Sequence record: MK250016.1
Strand: one strand, 5' to 3'
DNA: 32,000 bases
Source of the DNA: Prevotella phage Lak-A1
In this document: in pieces, positions 20,403-28,865 of the stretch
How positions within the stretch are numbered: the stretch's first letter is position 1
Layout of the letters: each line of letters starts with the position of its first letter
Position numbers and translations under genes: made by a program
Notes under the pieces: model-generated
What the model was told of the DNA's origin: nothing
Database searches by the model: none
The model's input: the letters and a program-made list of their open reading frames with translations, nothing else

Positions 20403-20703
20403 CAAAGATAAAATTAGGTATACATAATTTTGTATCGAAGCTTTATATTACCATTAGTCGTAATATTCAAATCGTTCGTTGACATGGTTATTCCGTGATG
20501 TTAGTAGTAAGTTATAATCAATTTATAGCAAACGGAATATTAATAAAAACGTACTCGGCGTTTAAGTTGAATGTACCACGCTGCCCGTATTGTTGACATT
20601 TAATTAAGTATTTAATTAAGTTGAAACATATGTTTAAAAAACTTATGGTACCACGAGTGTTTTCTACGTCGTTTCACTCATTTTTTTGATATAATAATAT
20701 ATG

Positions 20704-20757
20704 AGAGTCATAACAGCAAATTTAGTTCTATTGTTTATTGGGATAACATAAGACTCT
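20704..20757 (+). ncRNA. Putative structured RNA element 1 in tRNA-cluster spacer
   Basis: Closing stem AGAGTC/GACTCT with internal ACAGCAAATT 3 nt after the 5' strand; a similar layout follows immediately downstream. Confidence 0.3.
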
Positions 20758-20773
20758 TGAATCAATTATATTA

Positions 20774-20837
20774 GGGGAGATATTACAGCAAATTATTATT
20801 TAGGATCATACTTTTAATATGAAATTCTTGTCTCCTG
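20774..20837 (+). ncRNA. Putative structured RNA element 2 in tRNA-cluster spacer
   Basis: Closing stem GGAGA/TCTCC with ACAGCAAATT 4 nt after the 5' strand and internal CATA...TATG hairpin. Confidence 0.3.
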
Positions 20838-20844
20838 TTTATTT

Positions 20845-20924
20845 GGGTAAATGCCTGAGTGGTCGAAGGGAATGGTCTGCAAAACCATTATTATACGTCG
20901 TGTGTTCGAATCACACTTTACCCT
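20845..20924 (+). tRNA. tRNA-Cys (GCA) with an extended variable region and Ser/Leu-like D-arm
   Basis: Acceptor GGGTAAA/TTTACCC; anticodon arm ATGGT-CTGCAAA-ACCAT; 11-nt variable region; T-arm GTGTG-TTCGAAT-CACAC; T73. Confidence 0.82.
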
Positions 20925-21253
20925 CTAATATAAAATATTTCCGTGGTATACAGCACGTAAAAAGAGGTTGACTTGTATATTCTATAGACCTACTGTATAA
21001 TAATATATATGATGTACATGTGAAACACCATGTTCTATTAAGAGTTTAATAAAACTGTGGTTGTTATTAAATTGCACTGATATTAGATGCATAATATATG
21101 ATGAATATAATGACGGTACTGTGAAATGACTATTATTTTTAGTTGCTTGGAAACGGCGTACGAAGTTTTTATAATAGTGGAAGTAATGATAAAACAGTTA
21201 AATGTAAATCTTTCTGAGACAATGGGGACAACTTGTAGTAAGAGAGTATTTTT

Positions 21254-21357
21254 GTTGATATAGTTTAATGGGAAAACACCCAAATCCCAGGGATAAGAGA
21301 TAATACTTTGAAATAGGTATTAGAAGATTTTAGATGGTTCGATTCCATTTATCAACT
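21254..21357 (+). other. Interrupted tRNA-like gene A (acceptor, D and T arms present, roughly 30 nt extra in the middle)
   Basis: Acceptor GTTGATA/TATCAAC; D-arm GTTT-AATGGGA-AAAC; T-arm GATGG-TTCGATT-CCATT; 104 nt overall. Confidence 0.55.
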
Positions 21358-21366
21358 CAAATTAAT

Positions 21367-21488
21367 GAAGTGTGTAGTTTAATTGGTAAAATATCCTTTG
21401 AATAGGACTGTGCGCAGATAGAACATAATGTTAGTCATATTAATCGCATTATTGATAATGATGTTGGTTCGATTCCAACGACACTTCC
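21367..21488 (+). other. Interrupted tRNA-like gene B (acceptor, D and T arms present, roughly 45 nt extra in the middle)
   Basis: Acceptor GAAGTGT/ACACTTC; D-arm TAGTTTAATTGGTAAAAT; T-arm GTTGG-TTCGATT-CCAAC; about 120 nt overall. Confidence 0.55.
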
Positions 21489-21773
21489 TAATAAATAAAA
21501 AGATCTCGGTAATTAGATAAAACATTATATGAGTGAAGCAACTCACCATAACTGCAGATAAATGAGTGAGGGACATAAGAGTGTATGAAGAAAGATGGAC
21601 TATGGACACCACCATATAATTGCGTTTTCAATAATAGTAAAGTAAACTTTAGTATAAGTTCCATTAACGCTAAAATAGAAACATTGTTATTGAAGTCTAC
21701 TATGCGTGCGATGGTTGAATGAAACCATTGTAGTTCTAAGGCATTGTAAAACGTTTTATTTATTAATTTTTAT

Positions 21774-21847
21774 GGCGAGATAGCTTAGTTGGTCAGAGCG
21801 CAGGATTCATATCCCTGAGGTCGTGTGTTCAAATCACACTTTCGCTA
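21774..21847 (+). tRNA. tRNA with CAT anticodon (Met or Ile2)
   Basis: Acceptor GGCGAGA/TTTCGCT (wobbles); D-loop AGTTGGTCA; loop TTCATAT; T-arm GTGTG-TTCAAAT-CACAC. Confidence 0.85.
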
Positions 21848-21876
21848 CTATTATTTTTTGATTGTTTATTTTTATA

Positions 21877-21910
21877 AGAGGTATATCATTTTTTGGTATA
21901 TCTCTTTTTT
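21877..21910 (+). terminator. Rho-independent terminator
   Basis: AGAGGTATATC / GGTATATCTCT stem followed by TTTTTT. Confidence 0.75.
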
Positions 21911-21925
21911 ATTTAGGAAATAATG

Positions 21926-21935
21926 TGTATCTTTG
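21926..21935 (+). promoter_or_regulatory. TGTATCTTTG promoter-like element
   Basis: Exact decamer 27 nt upstream of ATG 21963. Confidence 0.6.
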
Positions 21936-21962
21936 AATTGTTATTAATAAAATAGTAATAAA

Positions 21963-22442
21963 ATGAAGAAATATAAAGTATATCAACTTCGTAGAGAAAA
22001 CGAAAATATAATTGATGATTATCATGAATCATATGATGCAAAAATGAAAGTTATTGCATCATATGAGATTTCATCTGATAGAAATGATCCTGTTATTATA
22101 TCAGAAGATATATGGCAAATGTGTAATGTTCATTGTTGGGATCATACATGGTCTGATGGACAAGTTGTTAAACGAGATGATATTACATTAACACCTACAT
22201 CTGATTTTGATGGATTTGTTAATAGTGATATTGTAGTTGAAACTGTAAATGGATTATATCTAGCAGAATCATGTGGATTTATGAAGGTGGATTCATTGAA
22301 TTATGCTATGCATAGAATTACTGTAAGATTTCCATTTATCTCTTATTATGATATAAGAAATAAAGAGGATTTTAATGAAGATTTACTTCGTGATATTCGT
22401 AATGAAATTCAGAAAGAATATCAGAAGAGAATTGAAGAGTAA
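21963..22442 (+). CDS. Unknown 159-aa protein
   Basis: Intact ORF MKKYKVYQLRRENENIIDDYHESYDAKMKVIASYEIS... with promoter-like element upstream. Confidence 0.75.
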   Translation: MKKYKVYQLRRENENIIDDYHESYDAKMKVIASYEISSDRNDPVIISEDIWQMCNVHCWDHTWSDGQVVKRDDITLTPTSDFDGFVNSDIVVETVNGLYLAESCGFMKVDSLNYAMHRITVRFPFISYYDIRNKEDFNEDLLRDIRNEIQKEYQKRIEE

Positions 22443-22480
22443 TAATAAACAAATATAAACAATTAAAAAGTAATATAATT

Positions 22481-23185
22481 ATGGAAAAGTTTAGATCATT
22501 TATTAAAAAGCATTTGGTTATTAGTATTATCATTAGTGTAATTATTTACCCATTATTAATTATTTGGCCTATTGTCTATTTTGATAAAATAGTAAAACAT
22601 AAAAAACTATTATATTTGGGAATATTATTATTTTTTATTTTTATTATATCTGGTATTAAAAGTGTAAAAAATAATACATCTACTGAGTATGATTATGATG
22701 CATGTGAACATTATGCAAATATTCTCATTAATAATACAAAAAATGATAATGGTTCCTTTAGCAATATTGATGAAACTAAATATGAATTATATAGAGATTC
22801 TTTACAAGTATCATTTAATAAGTTAAGTGATAATGATAAGGTTGTGATGTTTGATAATTATTTAGAGACAAGTGATACGGCTAAATATGCTTTTTGTAGT
22901 AATGTAAATATTGGAGAAATTCCATTAAATAAAAATCCATATGATTATGATTCATGGCTGAATGCATGTAGAGAATATATTTACAATATATTATCTGCAC
23001 ATCATTTTGATACAGATGAAGCAGATATTACACTTACTGCTCCAGTAAGATTGAGAGTATGGGAACCAAATTATGTAATTAGAGGTACAGTAAAATATAA
23101 GAACTTATTTAATGCTACAGTAACAAATGAAGTTGCATTTTTATTTAATAGACATGGAGATATGTTAAAGAAAGAAATATATTAA
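22481..23185 (+). CDS. Unknown 234-aa membrane protein
   Basis: N-terminal hydrophobic segments VISIIISVIIYPLLIIWPIVYF and KKLLYLGILLFFIFIISGI; soluble C-terminal region. Confidence 0.75.
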   Translation: MEKFRSFIKKHLVISIIISVIIYPLLIIWPIVYFDKIVKHKKLLYLGILLFFIFIISGIKSVKNNTSTEYDYDACEHYANILINNTKNDNGSFSNIDETKYELYRDSLQVSFNKLSDNDKVVMFDNYLETSDTAKYAFCSNVNIGEIPLNKNPYDYDSWLNACREYIYNILSAHHFDTDEADITLTAPVRLRVWEPNYVIRGTVKYKNLFNATVTNEVAFLFNRHGDMLKKEIY

Positions 23186-23232
23186 TTTTTTGAAGTTTTT
23201 TCCTAGAATATTTTTTTATTTGGAATAAAACA

Positions 23233-23242
23233 TGTATCTTTG
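23233..23242 (+). promoter_or_regulatory. TGTATCTTTG promoter-like element
   Basis: Exact decamer 46 nt upstream of ATG 23289. Confidence 0.6.
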
Positions 23243-23288
23243 TAATGTAAATAATAAACAAATAATAAACAATTAAAAAATAAAGATT

Positions 23289-23735
23289 ATGAATACAACA
23301 GTTAAGATTTCTCCAGCACAGGTTTTCCCAGTAGCAAATAAGATTCGTGCAGCAAAGCACATCTCTATGAAGGAAGCATACGCAGAAGCAAAGGCGCAGC
23401 TTATTGCAGAAGCAGAGAATGCAGTGAAGGCTGCAGAGACAGTAGTAGAAACACCTACTAATGTAGTTGAGACACCAGCTAATATGAAGTTGCATACAGA
23501 GTTGGTAGAGAAGATGAAGAACGGAAACGTTAAGTTTGTATTCTTCAATAACAAGGGTAAGAAGATTACAACTACCGGTACTCTTGATATGTCAAAGGTT
23601 CCTACAAACCGTGATGTTCAGGGTCGTAAGACTGCAAAGGATGAGAATACTCAGGTATTCTATGATGTTCGACATGGTGTATACCGCTCTTATCAGAAGG
23701 ATAAGTTGGTAGAGATTATTTCAAAGAAGAAGTAA
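23289..23735 (+). CDS. SH3-like beta-barrel small protein (DUF2693-like), 148 aa
   Basis: NGNVKFVFFNNKGKKITTTGTLDMSKVP...NTQVFYDVRHGVYRSYQKDKLVEI resembles Bacteroidota phage/host SH3-fold proteins; alanine-rich helical N-terminus. Confidence 0.6.
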   Translation: MNTTVKISPAQVFPVANKIRAAKHISMKEAYAEAKAQLIAEAENAVKAAETVVETPTNVVETPANMKLHTELVEKMKNGNVKFVFFNNKGKKITTTGTLDMSKVPTNRDVQGRKTAKDENTQVFYDVRHGVYRSYQKDKLVEIISKKK

Positions 23736-24140
23736 AATGTCTTATATATGTTAAAGAATAATGGTGAGTTTCTTGTAAGTAGACAATTCACCATTATTCT
23801 TATATAATATATAAATCAATTCGAATAAATATAGAAGTGATTTTATTTAATATGTGAATTGATAATTTGTGAAACATGTGTCTGACGGAAAGCACATGTA
23901 TTTTTCGTGCAATGTTCAATTTTAATTAATTTTAATTTTGATAGGTTAAAGGAGTAAACCTATAAGCGCGGAATAATAAAGTCGTATTGAAAATCAAATT
24001 TTGATTCCATAAAAGTTGGAATATGGTTTTTGAAGGCTAAGATGAAGTTATAAAGAATTTAACATATTATATATGTGATATATGTATATGTTATTTCTTT
24101 TTCATCGAATAATAAAAAATAACATAGAAACAATTAATTT

Positions 24141-24740
24141 ATGAAGAAAAAAGTGATATTAAAGAAAATTTTATTATTTACGCTATTGTTTTTATTACCT
24201 TTCATATCAATAAATGCTGCAACTATTGATAGTAATAATAATGCGTATGAAGAAGTAAATGCAAAGACAACAGTAGTTAAACATACAAAGTCTAGTATTG
24301 AAAATTCGTTAGTTGATGAGGCTAGAACATATATCAAGTCGTTATATCCTGGCTGTCCAGATATAATTCCTAGTTATATTGTAAAAGCAGGTTTAGCAAA
24401 TAATATTGATATTTGTTTTATGCTTGCTCAAACACAGTTAGAAACTACCTTTGGCAAGGCAGGTGTAGGAAGAACGTGTTCAAGACGTTCATTATTTGGT
24501 ATCGAGAAAAGATACTATAAAACATATAAAGAAGCAATTAATGCGTATGTAGACGTATTGACTTCAAATTATTTAGTAAAGGGCCGTACAGAACAACATT
24601 TGTTAAATAATTATGTTAATAAAAACGGTCATCGTTATGCTGGTAATCCTAAGTATGAATATTATCTTAAGAAACATTATAATACAATTGCATCTACAAC
24701 AAAAATAAAGCAATTGCAACGCCAGTACAAGAGATTATAA
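24141..24740 (+). CDS. Secreted glucosaminidase / GH73-type endolysin, 199 aa
   Basis: Signal peptide MKKKVILKKILLFTLLFLLPFISINA; PSYIVKAGLANNIDICFMLAQTQLETTFGKAG...RSLFGI...YKTYKEAINAYVDVLTSNYL. Confidence 0.8.
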   Translation: MKKKVILKKILLFTLLFLLPFISINAATIDSNNNAYEEVNAKTTVVKHTKSSIENSLVDEARTYIKSLYPGCPDIIPSYIVKAGLANNIDICFMLAQTQLETTFGKAGVGRTCSRRSLFGIEKRYYKTYKEAINAYVDVLTSNYLVKGRTEQHLLNNYVNKNGHRYAGNPKYEYYLKKHYNTIASTTKIKQLQRQYKRL

Positions 24741-24803
24741 TTTTGAGTAATCTCAAATCTTCTCGCAAATCAATTTATATACATATTAAATATTAGTTAT
24801 ATT

Positions 24804-24845
24804 AAGGGGATCCATGTTACGTTTACATGGATCCCCTTTTTTGAT
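24804..24845 (+). terminator. Rho-independent terminator
   Basis: 14-bp perfect inverted repeat AAGGGGATCCATGT / ACATGGATCCCCTT followed by T-run. Confidence 0.9.
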
Positions 24846-24874
24846 AAATATAATAAAGAATTTTTATTAAACAT

Positions 24875-26251
24875 ATGGCTTTATATTTAAACAATGCACA
24901 ATATGGCTCAAGTAATCAATCTTCTCAAGATACACTAATACATAGTTATAATAAATCTTTTTTTTCAGATTATAATCATGCAAAGACGGTGTTATTATAG
25001 AAAGTTATGAAACCAGGTGAAGTAACATTTGCTTATTATTATGATTCAGAAGTACCTTATGGATAGAATGTTATTTTTGCAGTTGGACCATTATCTGATG
25101 CAGGCTGTAATACTATATTTAAAAATGCTGATGATATTGACAGTGTAAAAGACGTATTAGATGAAACTATTGCAGATATAAATGCAAGTGTATCTAATAT
25201 GGAAACTAAAGTTGATGGAATCATTGAAGAATGCAAAACACCTTTATTAACAAAAATAGAAAAAAACATCAATGATATAGTTGATATAAAAAGAGATATA
25301 TCTACAATTAAATCTGATATAGTTAATACTAATGATACATTAACAAGTAAGATTAATCAAGTAAATAATCAATTAACTGCATAGATGTCTCAAGATAAAA
25401 CAAACCTTATTAATAAGATTAATGATACGTCAAATGATATAGTTAAATATATTGATAATACATCTAATGCTATTATTAATTATATTAATAGATCAGTTTC
25501 TCTTGCAGTAGGAAATGTAACTACTGATTATACATAGAAAAATGATGATACATCAATGACATTGGGTAATGCAATTTCTACATTAAAATTAAATTTAGAA
25601 TAGTCTATTTCTGATTTATCTGGTAAACATGATGGAGATATTACCGGTTTATAGAGAATAATTGATGAAGCAAAAGGTAAAGTAACAGAAAATACAACGA
25701 CATTATCACAGTATATACAATAGAATAATAGTTTTGTAAGAAAGTTAAATACAAGTATTAATAATGTAAATAATGCATTAGATGAACGTATTACTAATCT
25801 CAGATAGGATTTTGAAACATTGGAAATACCTAAAAAAATTCATGACTTATCAACAAGGATTGCTACTGTAACAACTCAATCAAATGTAGATCATGAAAAA
25901 CTTAAGGCTATTGATAATTTAGAAAGTAGATTATCCAAATGTGAAGGTCGATATGAAAAACATTTCGAGATGGATATGGTTCAGTTAAATGGAAATATAA
26001 AAGATATAAATACATCTATTTCAAATATTATTAAAAGTATTGACAATATTAAGATAAAAACTGGTACCAGTGAAGGAACTGTATAGGATAAGTTTGATAA
26101 TATAAGTAGTCAACTTTTTAATATAAGTGAACGTTTATCAAAGATAGATTCATCTATTAATGCACTTGAAACAAAATTTGCTGGAAATGAAACATATCAT
26201 AATGAATTGTTAAATGAATTATCTTCATATAAAAATTCATTAGATTATTAA
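24875..26251 (+). CDS. Coiled-coil-rich probable tail fibre/appendage protein (458 aa; many TAG=Q)
   Basis: Frame 2 continuous with TAG=Q: MALYLNNAQYGSSNQSSQDTLIHSYNKSFFSDYNHAKTVLLQKVMKPGEVTFAYYYDSEVPYGQNVIFAVGP... then heptad-like IxxI/N repeats; track ORFs 25199 and 25820 are internal pieces. Confidence 0.8.
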
Positions 26252-26275
26252 TAAAAATTAAAAATATATTATATT

Positions 26276-28831
26276 ATGGAATATAAAAGTCCGTTATTAA
26301 ATTAGATAATTTCTATATTAGACAAACGTTCTGAAGCTGGTGAAAAAAGAATTAAGAAGACAGAAGATTATGTTAAGAGTTATGATACATCTATTACTCG
26401 TCATATAAACAAATAGGTTGAAGAACTTAATACATCTATAAAAACAGCAACAGATAAAGTAATAGGAGATTTAAATACAAGTATTAATAATACTGTTGAT
26501 ACCATATCACATGATATTTTGAGTGTTTCAACAAACCTTAAAACCGCCATTGAATAGATTTACTATAATATTAATACATCTATTAATGGCGGTAAAACTG
26601 ATACATCTATATATCTTATTGGTTTAAAAAATGAATTAGAAAGAAAGATAAATGATGTTGACTAGAAGTATAAAATTGCTGATAGTTAGTTATCAAGTAC
26701 GTTAAGTTAGAATATAAAAGATGTATCAACTAAATTAACACAGAAAGTTAATATAATTGATACAAAATATGATACAAGTATTTCTAACTTATCATAGAAG
26801 CATGATAGTTCATTTATATAGGTTACTAATTTAATTTCTAGTTAGGGAACTTCAATTGGTAATAAAATTACAAGAGATATTAGTACAGCTAAATAGGAAT
26901 TAAATTCTAATATATCTACCATATAGAGTAATTTAAATGGTAAAATTGATAATACAAATACTTCTATTAATTTATAGTTTGATAGAGTTGCTAGAAAATT
27001 AGAACATTAGAATACTTCAATAGATGATATATCAATACGCTTAAATACGACGTCAAGAGCAATAGTAAAAGCATTAAATACATCAGCTAATGATTTATAT
27101 AATATTACAGATGATATATCTACAAAATTAAAAAGTACAATAGAAGGTGTAAAAATAGATATAACAGGAAAATATGATGCAGAGATTAGAAAGTTAAATA
27201 CATCTATTAGAAATTTAGATCTTGATACTACTAACTCATTAAGTACATTAAATACATCTGTAACAACATTAGAAACAAATTAGAAAAAATTAAATACATC
27301 ATTAGCTAGTTTACGAGAATCATTTGATAAATTAGTTGATACTGAAGATGTTAATGGTGTTATAGATACATTCAGAGAAGTTGAAGATTTTTTATCTAAT
27401 ATATCAGATGAAAAAACATTAACTGGTATGTTATCTGAGTTAAAAACTGGAATAGATTCACACATTGATGCAAGTATTAAAGATATATCAAATGCAATTG
27501 ATAATGTTAAAGAAGAAATAGGAACAAATATTAATAATAGAGTTAATGCGTTAGAAACAACAATTAATACAACTGTAAATACAAAACTTACAGAAATTAA
27601 TTCATCTATTAATGATATTAGTACACGTTTAAAATAGTCAATAACCGATCAATAGACATATGTATCTACAGAAATTGGTAAAATAAATTCATCAATAAAA
27701 GATTTAAATACAACAATTAAATAGAATGTTGATACATCTTTAAAAGCAATTCAATCTAAATTAGATTCATCATTAAAAACAGTTTCAGATTCATTAACTT
27801 CAACAACAAGTAGAGTTGCAAAATTAGAATTAAATAACGTAACTGCTGCAAAGGTAACAACAGGTACAAATACAAAATTATGGAATGATACAACTGACAG
27901 TATAAATGAAGATTCATATGTTATTAACAAATAGGTATTAACAACTAAAGAAAATAATATTGAAAAAACATATGAATAGAAATTAGTAAACAGTAATATT
28001 ATAAAAGAAATTAATAAATCTGAAAAAGCAGTTGCATCTAATTTATTAACTGTTAATAATAATATTGCTTCTATTAATACAAAATTAAGTAATATTAATT
28101 CAAGTATTGGTAATATATTAAATTCTTCATATATAAACAAGAAGAATAAGTATACAACAAACGGATTTAGTACAATAGGTGGTTGTTTAGATTTTATTAT
28201 TAATGATATGTATTATACTGCACCTGCAGCTGTAAATGTAACATATACAGTAACACCTACATCATTTATTAGAGGTAAGAATACAAGTGTTACATTTAAA
28301 TATACAGTTAATAATTATCCTAATAATATATAGAGTATTACATATAATGGTGCTACAAAAACAGAAAGAACATTTACAGAAACAATTACAGTAAGTAATT
28401 CGGTATCAAGAGCATTATCTGTAGTTTCTAACTATGTTGACAGTAAGGATGCTAGACCAACATCATTTAATAAAACATTAACAGTATATGCTAATTTAGA
28501 ATTATATGTTTGGACATCAACATCAACATCATTTAATAAAGCATATACATCTGCTAATATGCCAGTTGGATATACTACATATACATATAATTCTGGTAAT
28601 TATAGTATAAATGTAAATAATGGTACTGCAGCAAAATATATATTCTTTGTTTCAGATAAGAATTTAGTTGAATCAAAATTCTTTGTATATGAACATGGTG
28701 GTGCACCAACATTAGGTGGTGGTATTACAAATTTAGGAACAATAACAATATAGAAGTATGATGTTGCATAGACATATTACTTATATAGATCTAATAATGT
28801 CCTTAATGGTAATTGGGACATTAAATTTTAA
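26276..28831 (+). CDS. Long coiled-coil fibre protein (851 aa; many TAG=Q) with beta-rich C-terminus
   Basis: Frame 2 continuous with TAG=Q: MEYKSPLLNQIISILDKRSEAGEKRIKKTEDYVKSYDTSIT...; recurring (L)NTSI modules; C-terminal ...YTAPAAVNVTYTVTPTSFIRG... Ig-like/beta region; track ORFs 27428 and 28559 are in the same frame. Confidence 0.82.
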
Positions 28832-28865
28832 CAATAAATAATAAAACTAATTAGTATAATTTTAT

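Noticed and set aside
21083-21615. Minus-strand ORFs 21083-21283 and 21379-21615
   Set aside because: They overlap tRNA-like genes on the plus strand; likely chance ORFs.
21747-21758. 12-bp palindrome TAAAACGTTTTA
   Set aside because: AT-rich palindrome with no repeated copies noticed; likely chance.
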